Numbered from the stretch's first letter, positions 10,252 through 20,983 are shown. The stretch is DNA of 64,000 bases from Candidatus Freyarchaeum deiterrae (GCA_037305845.1 CP147778.1:960001-1024000); one strand, 5' to 3'. The notes: a model not told the origin generated them from the letters alone. Numbers and translations are program-made.

Positions 10252-11241
10252 ATGCCCAACCTAAAATTCGTTATTCCAAAAGGGTCCCTGCAGGAGGAAA
10301 CCCAAAAGCTTCTACAACAAGCCGGATATAGTATCAAAGCCGCTGAACGCTCTTACCGCCCCTGGATAAATGACCCAGAGATTAGCCTTAAGCTACTCAG
10401 GCCACAGGAGATACCAACCCTAGTTCAAGAGGGAGCACATGAATTGGGAATAGCAGGAATGGACTGGGTTGATGAAACTAGCGCGGATGTCCAGTTAATT
10501 TCAGAATTAGACTATGGTAAGGTCAGTATAGTACTAGCAGTACCAAATTTCTGGGAAAACATAAAGTCCCTATCAGATCTTATCAGGGATTACAACAGAG
10601 AAGGAAAAACCATTCGAATCACAACAGAGTACATAAACATAACCTCGAGATACGTAATGCAAAATGAGGAGTATCAGAAATGTTATGGAAATAAAACTCC
10701 TGAGATTATAACACCCTGGTATCGATACGGGGAAAACCCGAATGTTAAGATTTCGCTCTCTTTCGGCGCAACTGAGGCAAAACCTCCGGAAGACGCTGAT
10801 GCCATAGTGGACAACACTGAAACAGGCACCACTATAAAAAGTAACGAGCTCAAGATAATCGAAGTTCTCTCAGAATCACAGGCAGTTCTCATAGCAAATA
10901 AGAAAGCCATAAAAGAAAAATGGAAAGAGGAAAAAATCCGCGATGTGATGACCCTTCTATTGGGAGCGGTCGAGGCCAGGAAAAAGTTACACATTTTCAT
11001 GAACGTTAAAGAAGAAAACATCGAACAACTTTTAGAGCAACTACCCGCCCTAAAACGCCCAACCATCTCACCACTAGCAGGAGTCAAAGGATGGTTCGCA
11101 TTAAACACAATAATAGCCAAAGAAGATCTACTGAAACTCATCCCAGTTTTAAGAAAATTAGCACAAGGAATTGTTATCTACGAGCCAAAAGGAGTTCTAC
11201 CACTGGAAGAAATAAGGAACAAAAAGTTTAGAGAACCCTAA
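10252..11241 (+). CDS. hisG: ATP phosphoribosyltransferase, long form
   Basis: IPKGSL, RPQEIP, GIAGMDW, SFGATEAKPP, DAIVDNTETGTT, C-terminal LPALKRPTISPL domain; GGTG SD. Confidence 0.96.
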   Translation: MPNLKFVIPKGSLQEETQKLLQQAGYSIKAAERSYRPWINDPEISLKLLRPQEIPTLVQEGAHELGIAGMDWVDETSADVQLISELDYGKVSIVLAVPNFWENIKSLSDLIRDYNREGKTIRITTEYINITSRYVMQNEEYQKCYGNKTPEIITPWYRYGENPNVKISLSFGATEAKPPEDADAIVDNTETGTTIKSNELKIIEVLSESQAVLIANKKAIKEKWKEEKIRDVMTLLLGAVEARKKLHIFMNVKEENIEQLLEQLPALKRPTISPLAGVKGWFALNTIIAKEDLLKLIPVLRKLAQGIVIYEPKGVLPLEEIRNKKFREP

Positions 11242-11305
11242 GAATAGGTATCACACTGAAGAGACAATGATGGTATTTTACCGAGACTTTTGGAACTGGC
11301 GGAGT

Positions 11306-12253
11306 TTACATTTTGTTTTCTAGTTCTTGTATTTGTTTTTCTACTTCGTCCTTCTCTCTAATTTTATCTTCCATTGTTTTTTCTTCTTCTGGTGAAGCAA
11401 AGCCTACTTGAATCGCGGTTTTAAGATCGTTTATTTCTCCAATAAGTTTTAATTTTTTCATTTTCAAGTTTGTTAATCGAATGTATGAGGGGAGTCTTTC
11501 CTTTTCGGGCAGCTTAATCTTTTTTTCCATGCGATCAATCATGTCTAGTCCGAGTTCTTTTAATATTTTCTCGTCTTCCGCGCTAACGAACCTATCGAGT
11601 TCCGACTCAGGTTCCTTACTTATCTCTTTTTCACTCGTACTTTCCTCCGCGCTTATCTCCGTGGGTTTTCCTGTTATGGGCGTTTCTTCAATTTTCACCG
11701 GCAATTTTATCAGGTCAAGTTGAGTTAAGATTGTCGGTGTTTTGATAATTATTTGTTCCTCTTTTGGCACTTCTATCTTTATAGTTTCAGCAGTTTCTGA
11801 AGCCACCTTGGGATGAGTAGCTTCTGCTGCTAATGGTTTTTCTCTGGCAATTTTTTCCAAGGGTTCAAGGGGTATTCTTGTTTCGGGTTTAATGATTTCG
11901 GGTGCTATAGTTTTTACGAGATCTAATATAGCTTCTACTACGTTCCCCATTTGCATTCGTAGAGATTTAACTTCACCCTCAAATTGGTTTTTAAGGCTTG
12001 AGACATCTTCTCTAATTGCTACTATTTTGGAATCTATATCCCCAATTTTTTCCAAAACATTCTCGGTTATAACCAAGGATTCAATACCTGGTTTATTTTT
12101 TATGCTGTTTTCTATTTCATTTATTTTATCAAATTTGGATTCCAGCAGCTCCATCCTCTCGAGTAGAGCAGTTAATTCCGGGGTTTTTTCAACCTCGCTC
12201 AACAATTCATCTATTTCATTTCTCAACTTGCTTAAGCGATCTCGGTTTTTCAT
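11306..12253 (-). CDS. Hypothetical protein: coiled coil, low-complexity linker, coiled coil
   Basis: 315-aa ORF with GAGGTGG SD; heptad-rich termini; E/P/T/K-rich middle. Confidence 0.75.
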   Translation of the reverse strand: MKNRDRLSKLRNEIDELLSEVEKTPELTALLERMELLESKFDKINEIENSIKNKPGIESLVITENVLEKIGDIDSKIVAIREDVSSLKNQFEGEVKSLRMQMGNVVEAILDLVKTIAPEIIKPETRIPLEPLEKIAREKPLAAEATHPKVASETAETIKIEVPKEEQIIIKTPTILTQLDLIKLPVKIEETPITGKPTEISAEESTSEKEISKEPESELDRFVSAEDEKILKELGLDMIDRMEKKIKLPEKERLPSYIRLTNLKMKKLKLIGEINDLKTAIQVGFASPEEEKTMEDKIREKDEVEKQIQELENKM

Positions 12254-12341
12254 TTAAACCACCTCAAAGGAGAACCGTCATTTAATTCGGGAAGGAATCA
12301 AGATTTAGCGGGCTTTAAATAGCCCCTTATAATTATATTTT

Positions 12342-12510
12342 GCGAGCGTAATGGACTTCGCCGTATACCACGACTGGAGGTCTCGCCAATCACCCCGTCC
12401 GCCCAAACGAAACCTCAGATAAGAGGTTCGGTGAACCATTTCCCGATTTTAATGGAATTAAATTGCTCCATGGCGAGCCCCTTCTATGAAGGCATCGATA
12501 GTTAACTCGC
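12342..12510. ncRNA. Candidate structured RNA (about 170 nt) of unknown family
   Basis: GC-rich island in an AT-rich spacer; terminal GCGAG/CTCGC stem; nested stems CTCGCCA/TGGCGAG, TCACC/GGTGA, AACCTC/GAGGTT, CCATT/AATGG, CCTTC/GAAGG; TATA-like boxes on both sides. Confidence 0.5.
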
Positions 12511-12691
12511 TACTATTCCGGCAGTTAGCTTGCTTGTGAATATATATTATTTTGGTTCTTTTTATAAATATTCTTTGTACTGTTTGTAATAAAAAAATGA
12601 AAAATTGCGATTATCGCATCTTAAATGTAGAAAAATTAAAAAGATTTGAAAGAGACTTATAAACGTGTAATAAATTATAGGGGTTTAAAGT

Positions 12692-13585
12692 TTGGTATTG
12701 AAAACCGTTAACAGTAAAGACCTAGAATCTGGAAGCGACAAATCCAGTATTGATGCGCAAGGCAGTATATATAGTAAATTTGATTCGGAGCAACTGAATT
12801 TAATAAACGAGCTCTCCCCTGTGAGAGAGAGTGTTATAAAGTCTGTGGCAAACAGATTCCCAATGAAAGGCTTAGACACAATAATAAAACAAGCTTTCGA
12901 CGAGGCTGTGGCTAAAAACCAAGAGGAGATTAAGAAATATTTTTCAAAGACATTTTCCGGTAAGCCTCAAAAACCACAAAAAGAAGAGAGACTCGACAAC
13001 CAATCAAAAAACGATAAAGCATCTAGTGAGGAGCCCAAAAAGCTTCATGAACCAGAATTGAAAAAACCTGTAGACAATTTAAATGCATCAAAAAACCCAA
13101 ATAGAACTGATGGTTCACCCCAAGAAACCACGAAAAGTAAAAGCTCTAATTTAATGGTAGAGGATTACCAAAAAAAGGTTGAGCAACTTATCCTAGAGAT
13201 AAAGGTGCGTGACAAGAAGTTAAAAGAGAACGAAGAGCATATGGGCACGCTTAAGAACCGATTAGAACTTCTTGAGCAACAAAACCTGCCCCCCTTTATG
13301 GAGGATTTGAAATTAGAAAATGAATGCGATAAGGGAGATATTGAACAACTACAGAACCAGGTTAAATATTGGGAAATAATGTGGCAAAAAATGAGAACCT
13401 TTTTTAAGGAAGATCCTAAATTTAAAACCTTATTTATACTGCAACGCCTAGGAAGTATCAGCATCAAAAACTTATCCCAAGCTTTAAATCTCGACTCAAA
13501 CCAAATAGAACCGCTTCTACGAGAAATGCAAAAATCAAATTGTATCATATTAAATGGCGACACACTCAGCATAAAAACCGATTAG
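12692..13585 (+). CDS. Hypothetical coiled-coil protein with C-terminal winged-helix HTH
   Basis: C-terminus DPKFKTLFILQRLGSISIKNLSQALNL...IEPLLREMQ...IILNGD; start uncertain. Confidence 0.7.
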   Translation: MVLKTVNSKDLESGSDKSSIDAQGSIYSKFDSEQLNLINELSPVRESVIKSVANRFPMKGLDTIIKQAFDEAVAKNQEEIKKYFSKTFSGKPQKPQKEERLDNQSKNDKASSEEPKKLHEPELKKPVDNLNASKNPNRTDGSPQETTKSKSSNLMVEDYQKKVEQLILEIKVRDKKLKENEEHMGTLKNRLELLEQQNLPPFMEDLKLENECDKGDIEQLQNQVKYWEIMWQKMRTFFKEDPKFKTLFILQRLGSISIKNLSQALNLDSNQIEPLLREMQKSNCIILNGDTLSIKTD

Positions 13586-13684
13586 TAAAAACAGTATTGC
13601 TGCACTCAAATTATCTCTCTGTAATTCGCAATATTATGAGAGGGGGTTAGCACTTCCAAATATCATTACTCGCTAATCTATTTT

Positions 13685-14449
13685 TCAATTAGGTTTTCTC
13701 AAGTTTAAATTGAAAAAAGATATCGCGTTTTCGAACAATTCCTGTTCCACCTTTTTTTCGTTATATCGCTTAATGTCAGCAATTTTTTGAACTATAGTTG
13801 AGCAATCCTTTGGTTCCCCTCTTATTTTATTATACTCCACTGGTCCGTCGGATTCGCTCAACAGATGATCTAAATTGGCCTTTTCAGCCACATATTGTAC
13901 TTTTTTAGAGTAAGCGACTGCAGGTGTGATTGAAAAGTAGTAACCCTTTTTTATACCTATGTCAATCAAATCACTGGGACCCGTGTACCAGTGAATTAGT
14001 ATATTCTTCAGCTGGTACTCATCAAGTATTTTAAAAATAAGTCTCTCAGCTCCTTTTGTGTGGAGAATCACAGGGAGATTCAGCTCTTCTGAGATACTAA
14101 GCATTTCTCTAAAAATTTTTTCTTGCTGAGGGTAAAGCTCTTTATTCTTCACAAAAAAGTGATCCAAGCCAATCTCCCCAATAGCTACCAGATTCTCGGA
14201 ACTACTCCGCATTAATTCTATAGCTTTCTTCAAGTCTGTGTCGGTGGATTTGCCGCTTACCTCGGGGTGTAAACCTAAGCTTGGGAAAATAAAGCCAGAG
14301 TAACTTTTTGAGATATCCAAAATCATTTCCATGGATTTAACGTCCATGGAAACGGCTACGACCGCAACTATGCCAATTCTCTTTGCATTAGCAACTATAT
14401 CCTTCAAATCGGGATACAGGTCAACATGGCAATGAACATCAACAAACAA
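13685..14449 (-). CDS. tatD: TatD family hydrolase
   Basis: DVHCH, GLHP, AIGEIGLD, LPVILH, IHWY, ESDGP. Confidence 0.95.
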   Translation of the reverse strand: MFVDVHCHVDLYPDLKDIVANAKRIGIVAVVAVSMDVKSMEMILDISKSYSGFIFPSLGLHPEVSGKSTDTDLKKAIELMRSSSENLVAIGEIGLDHFFVKNKELYPQQEKIFREMLSISEELNLPVILHTKGAERLIFKILDEYQLKNILIHWYTGPSDLIDIGIKKGYYFSITPAVAYSKKVQYVAEKANLDHLLSESDGPVEYNKIRGEPKDCSTIVQKIADIKRYNEKKVEQELFENAISFFNLNLRKPN

Positions 14450-14597
14450 AGAACCACCGCCATTTATTCTGGGAGTACCTGTTTCTTAACAAGAATTTGG
14501 TTTCTAAAATTGTCATTGTAGTGAATTTAAGTGAATTGCCTTTTCATACATCTTACTTTCAATTTTGAATAAAAAGGTTTATAGTTTTGAAATATAA

Positions 14598-15176
14598 GTG
14601 ACTAATAGGAGAGAGATTGATTTGTCTTCGGTCAGGGGATACAAACCTAATTGGGAAAATTTAATAGAGAAATTTAATTCTTTTCTGGATTTAAATTTTC
14701 GACATGAAGCAGTGACGCAGCTTCAAGAATCCATTGACCGCTTATCGCGTAGTTATAAGGAAGCCTGGGAGAAGTTTTCCAAAAGCAATGTAAAGGCAAG
14801 CATGGAGAATGTCAGGAAATTTTTTGAGAAAACCAATGAGGGAGAGAGACTAAAAACCATTTCACTGCTCTTTGTTATTACATTAATAAGTGGCTTAATT
14901 ACCGCAATTGCTCTTCGTTTTCTTCTAATCCCGAACCTAGTATTCGCCGGATATTCTATTGCGCCAGCCACGGGAATCTATGGAGCGATATTTGCCCTTT
15001 ACTTCATTGGAGCATATTTTGTGTACCATTACTTTACTACCAAAACCTGGAAACAATCTTTGAAAAGAAATAAAGAATTGGCAATAGTGAAATTAAAAAA
15101 AGAAATCGAAAATATAAGGTTATACATAACATACTTGAGTGAATTCTCTAAGAAGGTTTCACCAAGGGCTATCTAA
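14598..15176 (+). CDS. Hypothetical membrane protein (2 TM)
   Basis: Two hydrophobic segments flanked by helical regions. Confidence 0.7.
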   Translation: MTNRREIDLSSVRGYKPNWENLIEKFNSFLDLNFRHEAVTQLQESIDRLSRSYKEAWEKFSKSNVKASMENVRKFFEKTNEGERLKTISLLFVITLISGLITAIALRFLLIPNLVFAGYSIAPATGIYGAIFALYFIGAYFVYHYFTTKTWKQSLKRNKELAIVKLKKEIENIRLYITYLSEFSKKVSPRAI

Positions 15177-15490
15177 AAAAGGCTTAAGAATCGTAGTCAC
15201 CTAAATTCCCTAAAACAAATAACCAATAATTAAGAAGAGAGACAGCAAAACAAGAGCCAAGTCGAAGGGAAAACCAACCGAGTAAAAGCCAGCAGTAGAT
15301 TAAAATCCATATTCCTCACAAAAGGATAGAGCATTTTTCAATCTTAATTCTGCTTTTAAGAAACATGCTTTTAAGTTTCGAATGATTTAACTGCCCAGTA
15401 TTATTATCGGTTAAATGTCGCAATCAACACAAATAATAAGTCCGAGAGGATTATTTTTTAATTAGAGTTATTATTATTACTGAAAGCAGA

Positions 15491-16333
15491 GTGGTGATGG
15501 TTTTGCCTACTTGTCCGAGATGTGGCCAAATAACAGAAGACTGGTTTGTTTACTGCAAATATTGCGGCTTTCCGATAAAGCAGGAATCAGAGAAACCCCA
15601 AAAACCAGTAGCAATAAGAGTAGAAGTAGACGAGCCTGAAAAACCAATTGCAACCAGAAAAATAAGAGAAGCCCCCAAAGTCGAGAAAAAGGAAGCAAAA
15701 CTAGAAGTAAAAAAACCAGTTGAGGTTGAAAAAATCCCTGAGGATGTTAAAAGAAACCTTATAGGAAGAGGCAAAACCTACCTCATTGAGACCCGCTTAA
15801 GGAAGCTAAACAGGGATTACGAAACCCTAAAAACACGACAACTCGTAGGAGAAATTACAGAAGAGGAGCTAGAGAAGAGATCAGAACCATTATGGCAGGA
15901 AATAAACGACATCAAAAAAACCTTAGGGGAAATGGGTGCTACAGAACAACTAGATGTCGAAGTACTATTAGCTGAAAAAGAAACACAAGTTGAGAGGAAA
16001 AAGAAACTAGAAGAGCTACTATTAAAGGGAGAGATCAGGGAAACAATCTATCAAAAACTGGTCTCAGAGTACGACGAGAAACTAAAACAGGCTCAGAAAA
16101 AGTTGAAAGATGGTGTCCAACAGATGGAGAAATGGTTTGTCTCACTTGAGGCAGAAAGACAAGGGTTTTTAGATCAGCAAGAAATGTTGATGGCTAAAAT
16201 GAAAATAGGAGACCTACCAGTGAAAGAATACGAAACCCAAAAGAAAGAACTGGAAACAAAAATAAAGGACAATGAACTCGCCTGCCAATTTCTAGAAGGG
16301 GTAATAGAAAGATTCAAAGTTACCCAAGAATAA
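15491..16333 (+). CDS. Zinc-ribbon protein with CdvA-like coiled coil
   Basis: CPRC...CKYC N-terminus; repeated GEI(T/R)E..(Y) helical units resembling the CdvA coiled-coil domain. Confidence 0.7.
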   Translation: MVMVLPTCPRCGQITEDWFVYCKYCGFPIKQESEKPQKPVAIRVEVDEPEKPIATRKIREAPKVEKKEAKLEVKKPVEVEKIPEDVKRNLIGRGKTYLIETRLRKLNRDYETLKTRQLVGEITEEELEKRSEPLWQEINDIKKTLGEMGATEQLDVEVLLAEKETQVERKKKLEELLLKGEIRETIYQKLVSEYDEKLKQAQKKLKDGVQQMEKWFVSLEAERQGFLDQQEMLMAKMKIGDLPVKEYETQKKELETKIKDNELACQFLEGVIERFKVTQE

Positions 16334-16696
16334 ATAAAAACCTCATTTTTAACCATAGAATAATTTGTCAAATACAAAAAGTAGATCTGTTTATTTTTTA
16401 ACTATTTTTTCATAAAAGGTACAAGAAACTAAATACCTTTAAGGAAATAACAAGTAAATTAAAGAAAAGTAAAAAATTACCCCGAAAACTAAAAGCCTCT
16501 TTAATTTTTATAAAAAACATCTTTTCCAAGTTGAAAAGACATAAATAACGCGTAAATAAATATAATTGCATACAATTCTTGAAAATTAATACACATAGGG
16601 GATAATAAAAAGTTCTCAAAATATCTCAATCTAGAAACTAGTCAGATACAAAAAATAGAGGAAGTCTAAAATTAATCAAAGACTTTTCAAAATAAA

Positions 16697-19600
16697 ATGG
16701 GAGAAGATTCCATGGATAGAAAGAAAAAAGCTATCATCGTATCCACTTTGTTCATACTCTCTATTTTCCTCTTGGTAACATTGATTCCAAAATTCTCATA
16801 CACACCTACACTACCAGTATCATCATCATCAATAGCAGCTAAGGCGGACCCCAACAGTCCGACTTATCCCTACTGGTGGAATACTAGTTATGCATACAGG
16901 CAGGAAATCGTCTTCAATAACACCGCCAGTCCCTACGCAGTGGTAAATGATCCAGTTGATGTTTTCATGAGTTTCGCAAACGGAAGATGCAATAATGGTA
17001 CAGTAAGGGTGCAGTATTGGAACAGCAGCAGTCTAATTTGGAGTCCAGGTGGCTCAAGCGGAATCCCATACCAAATCTGGAATGCCACAACTAATGGAAC
17101 CTTTTACCTCAGCTTTACAATAACTTTCTACATCAACGTATCTGCAGCCAGCTCGGCCTCGTACTTCGTCTACTATGATAGTGGTTCTGGAACTACGCCT
17201 AGTTTTCCATCACAAGTCAGTTATAGTGGTAGTGCGGGAAATTGGGTTTTTCAGGGACAGAATTATAATGCAAGTGTTAATCCATCCATCGATGGAGGAA
17301 AGGTATACGCTAGTTATAATAATGTCAACGGTTCAAATCTGTGGTCGTACGACAGTCAATTCGACTGGGACCCTGAGTACGATATCCAAGGCGTAACAGC
17401 AACTTCCTTTTTTGGTTTTATAGTTTCACCTTCGGCTTTTACGTGGAGATGGAGTAGTTCAGGTCCCGCCACTAGCCATGTAGACCCAGGACAGGGACAG
17501 CAAGGACCACTATTCGTTACGTTTAAAACAGGCACCGACCTTAATGGAACAAACTCCGGCTATGGACCTACTAATATTGGTTATGCGAACGTCACCTACA
17601 GGTTCTTCCAATGGGGATGGACTGCCGAAACCAGTATAAACATAACTTACAGTTTCACTTACGGCCAATATAGTCCACCATCGGGTTTTATTAGTACTGT
17701 CTACAGATTCGATACTGGAACTTTTATTGGAAACAGTTGGAGGTTTAATCCTCAACTTGGCAAAGCAGTTTACAAGAGCGGTTCTGGAAATAATCTTATA
17801 TCACCCTTTATCAGCACTTACGGTATTGGGCAACCGTTTTGGTTCGCCATTTATGATAATAGCACTGGTCGAGCAGCAGGAGTCGTTGACCTAAGGATGC
17901 CCGCGGTTAGCCGTGGTGCAAGCACTTGGAGCTATGTACTAACTGGTATCGGTAGCAATCCAGAACAGTGGCAGAGGCAATGGGGCAATCTTAATCTAAC
18001 GCGTTCTGACTATGAAAACGAAAAATACGCGTTTTATTTATGGAACGCAGCTGGTGACATTCTAGATCCCTTCAGAAGCTTTGCAGACGGGGTGAGCGCT
18101 ACTGAAAGACAACAGTATCCTCTGGTGATTAGCAGTAATCCCGAGGAACATGTTCACTTTACTGTCCATGTTCAGGTAACTGACCACGACGGCAGCACTT
18201 TGGCGAATGCAATTGTAGGCGTCAATAGCTCTAACATCACTAATAAGTTTACTGACCCTAGTGGTTCAGCAACATTCTATCTGGAACTGGGAACTTACAA
18301 CTTTAGCGCGGCTTGGAGTGGAACCACAAGTTACGAGAGTTATACAAGTTTCAATACAAGTACGATTAATACTCAAAACCAGAATGTTACCTTAGTATTC
18401 AGCAACATTACTACGTTATATTGCCGAACACAATTCCAAGATTCTAACCCGGTACAGAACAGCTACGTTAACATCACTAAAGCCTTAGGAGGGTCGTTTG
18501 TTGACAGCAGTCCTGTAAACTTAACAGGTTGGGCAGTGTTCCATGTGAACAGATCAAGCGTTTCAGGGAACTATACTATTAAAGCCTATTGGCAAAACAA
18601 CACACAGCTACAGGCAAACGAGAACCTTAATTATACAAATATATCTGTTGACAGTGTTACTTCAATCAATTTTACCGTTCCTCTTGGCGCTAACCTTATA
18701 GAAACTAGTATTATTGTCCCTGAAACTATCGTGAATCCTGCATGGGGAACGAATGTGCCTCTCAAAGTATACTGGAGGGATAGTTCGGGAAATAATCTCA
18801 GTACTTTAAATTCAAGTATCAGCGGATCCCTAAATTGGACTTTGAACTACGTTAATGGAACACTGGCACCTGGGGGTGCACCCACCCCTGTGTCCCCAAC
18901 AGTTAATGGCTCTGACATATACTATAACATAACGGTTCCTTCGTCGCTCCTCTTTGGAGGTGTAACGTATCAGGTTTACATAAATGCAACTGCTAATTCT
19001 TCCAGTCCTTACTTGCCTGCAGCTAATCAGACAATTATATCTGTTCAGAATGCTACTCTTAGCGTACTAGTGGCTCCGCTTACAGGTACTTACTTTTGGA
19101 AACATTCCGATGTCACTCTTTGGGCCTATGTTAATGATAGTATTACAGGTACGGCAATTACTTCCGCGACGGTCGCCTTTACCATAACTAACACAAGCTT
19201 CTCAGGGCAGTTAAGCGCTTCGTCTCAACCTGGAAATTACAGTTACACTATTCCCGCCAGTCTTATTCAAGCAAATCTCAATGCTCTTACATATACTGTG
19301 CAATTTGATGTTTCAAATACTAATTATAGTACACCTGATCCGACTTTTAGGCAGTTAGTTATTAATCCAGCACTAACAGTGCTTTCAGCTCCTACGGCGT
19401 TTCAGTGCTTTTACGGAGATTTGCTGAACATTTCTGTATCCTTTGTGGACTTGGCTAGTGGAACTCCAATTACTGATAGTAATCCTAGTACGACTGTTAG
19501 TTATTCCGTTTTGAATCAGGCTGTGGCTGGAAATCTTGTTTTCGATGGAAACGTTTCTAACAATTGGACTGGTACTTTACTCTCTACATTACTTGTGCCC

Positions 19601-20983
19601 GGCAACTATCTTTTACAGATAACTACTAGTAGTCCTAATTATAAGGGATCAACAAATACTCCTCAGCTTACTATTTCAGCGCTTTCCTTGAATATTATTT
19701 CCGTCGACCAAATTTTTGGTACAGTTAACGAGAATCTGACTTTGAGTGTTCAACTGAACAATACGCATCTTAACAGTTTCAATAATAATACATTTGTGTC
19801 AGGCGCCACTGTTTTGGGCAAAGTCTTTAATAGTTCAGGGACTCAAATAGTGCCAACAATAGATCTTGTTGAGACGGATCCTGTGAATAATCCTGGAAAT
19901 TATAGTGGTTCGTTGGTTCTATCACCTGATCAAATTCCTCCAGGTACTTATCGCTTAGAGATCGACGTGAGCATAACGAATTACGCTGTGGTTCCGAAAA
20001 ATATTGCTTTAATCGTTCAGGGTCTTCCAACTGTTTTATCCGCTTCCGAAGCGTATTTGTCGGATTTAAACGCTCCTGCGGTGATTTTATTCGGTAACTT
20101 TGGCATGACTGAAAATGATCTGCCTTTCGCGTTCTTTACTTTCAGTTTTCTGGACAGCAATGGGTCAGTGATTCCTAATGCTAATGTGTCTGCCAGCGGA
20201 GGCTACGTGGTTTCGCAAGGTAACGGCCAATATGCATTGATAGTTCCTACTTATGGTTTGCCATCCGGGGCCTACCCCATAGTGGTCACGGGGGATCCTA
20301 GTCTCTACGGGACTCAGCAGTCAGTCTTTCTACTGCAGATCAATGCGAGAACGGTTCTAATTCCATTTGCAAATGTTCGTGTGCCCTTAAGTCTGTTCTT
20401 GGTTGCGTTCTTCGCGGTAGCTATACCTGTTGTAGGGTTTACAAGTTACATGTACGTCAGGAGAGCTCGGATTCCTGTTATTATACGGAGAATCGACGAG
20501 TTGATAAGCGCTATGAACCGTGGAGTGAGAGTTGATGTGAGACTCATTCCGCGTGAGAAAGTGATATCCAGAATTCTAGGGGATGAAGTGAGTGTCATAG
20601 GTGTAGAACCCAGAGTTGAGGCGTATGTGCCTATTGAACTAGCGGATCGCTTGGTGCCTTTGCTGGTGGAGTCAGGAATGGGTGAGAAAGAAGCCTACGC
20701 TATGGTCGCGGAACTAAGGAAAGCCACTCCTACTAAACGCGAAAAATTGTTAGAATCAGTGGGAGTCCCAGAAGAAACAAGTGAAAGAGTGTTACAGACA
20801 ATCGAGAAAGAAGAAGAGAAAAGCGAACTGCTCAGAAAGCCTACCTGGGAAGTAAAAAAACCTAAGAAAGCCGCCAAGGCAGCAAAAGAAGAGACAGAAG
20901 AGATAGAAGAGACAGAGGAAACAGAAGAGAAAGAAGAGACAGAGGAAACAGAAGAGAAAGAGGATAAAGAAGAGAGAATATAG
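16697..20983 (+). CDS. Large cell-surface glycoprotein (DUF2341-like N-terminus, Ig-like repeats, C-terminal TM, cytoplasmic acidic tail)
   Basis: N-terminal hydrophobic signal; WWNTSYAYRQEI; many NxS/T sequons; T-x-L beta-sandwich repeats; TM followed by RRARIP; E-rich tail. Confidence 0.85.
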   Translation: MGEDSMDRKKKAIIVSTLFILSIFLLVTLIPKFSYTPTLPVSSSSIAAKADPNSPTYPYWWNTSYAYRQEIVFNNTASPYAVVNDPVDVFMSFANGRCNNGTVRVQYWNSSSLIWSPGGSSGIPYQIWNATTNGTFYLSFTITFYINVSAASSASYFVYYDSGSGTTPSFPSQVSYSGSAGNWVFQGQNYNASVNPSIDGGKVYASYNNVNGSNLWSYDSQFDWDPEYDIQGVTATSFFGFIVSPSAFTWRWSSSGPATSHVDPGQGQQGPLFVTFKTGTDLNGTNSGYGPTNIGYANVTYRFFQWGWTAETSINITYSFTYGQYSPPSGFISTVYRFDTGTFIGNSWRFNPQLGKAVYKSGSGNNLISPFISTYGIGQPFWFAIYDNSTGRAAGVVDLRMPAVSRGASTWSYVLTGIGSNPEQWQRQWGNLNLTRSDYENEKYAFYLWNAAGDILDPFRSFADGVSATERQQYPLVISSNPEEHVHFTVHVQVTDHDGSTLANAIVGVNSSNITNKFTDPSGSATFYLELGTYNFSAAWSGTTSYESYTSFNTSTINTQNQNVTLVFSNITTLYCRTQFQDSNPVQNSYVNITKALGGSFVDSSPVNLTGWAVFHVNRSSVSGNYTIKAYWQNNTQLQANENLNYTNISVDSVTSINFTVPLGANLIETSIIVPETIVNPAWGTNVPLKVYWRDSSGNNLSTLNSSISGSLNWTLNYVNGTLAPGGAPTPVSPTVNGSDIYYNITVPSSLLFGGVTYQVYINATANSSSPYLPAANQTIISVQNATLSVLVAPLTGTYFWKHSDVTLWAYVNDSITGTAITSATVAFTITNTSFSGQLSASSQPGNYSYTIPASLIQANLNALTYTVQFDVSNTNYSTPDPTFRQLVINPALTVLSAPTAFQCFYGDLLNISVSFVDLASGTPITDSNPSTTVSYSVLNQAVAGNLVFDGNVSNNWTGTLLSTLLVPGNYLLQITTSSPNYKGSTNTPQLTISALSLNIISVDQIFGTVNENLTLSVQLNNTHLNSFNNNTFVSGATVLGKVFNSSGTQIVPTIDLVETDPVNNPGNYSGSLVLSPDQIPPGTYRLEIDVSITNYAVVPKNIALIVQGLPTVLSASEAYLSDLNAPAVILFGNFGMTENDLPFAFFTFSFLDSNGSVIPNANVSASGGYVVSQGNGQYALIVPTYGLPSGAYPIVVTGDPSLYGTQQSVFLLQINARTVLIPFANVRVPLSLFLVAFFAVAIPVVGFTSYMYVRRARIPVIIRRIDELISAMNRGVRVDVRLIPREKVISRILGDEVSVIGVEPRVEAYVPIELADRLVPLLVESGMGEKEAYAMVAELRKATPTKREKLLESVGVPEETSERVLQTIEKEEEKSELLRKPTWEVKKPKKAAKAAKEETEEIEETEETEEKEETEETEEKEDKEERI
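20888..20977 (+). repeat. In-frame 9-nt-period repeat coding EEx, including an exact 27-nt tandem duplication (20906-20932 / 20933-20959)
   Basis: GAAGAGACAGAGGAAACAGAAGAGAAA occurs twice. Confidence 0.85.

Noticed and set aside
12342-12510. RNase P RNA, SRP RNA or cobalamin riboswitch
   Set aside because: Only short look-alike words (GAAGTCC, AGAAGGGGCT, GGGAA) in the wrong order or spacing; no SRP helix 8 motif
15177-15340. Small hydrophobic ORFs on the minus strand
   Set aside because: All three frames look hydrophobic because of base skew; no convincing start or SD
20888-20977. CRISPR-like repeat
   Set aside because: In-frame coding low-complexity repeat with no spacers
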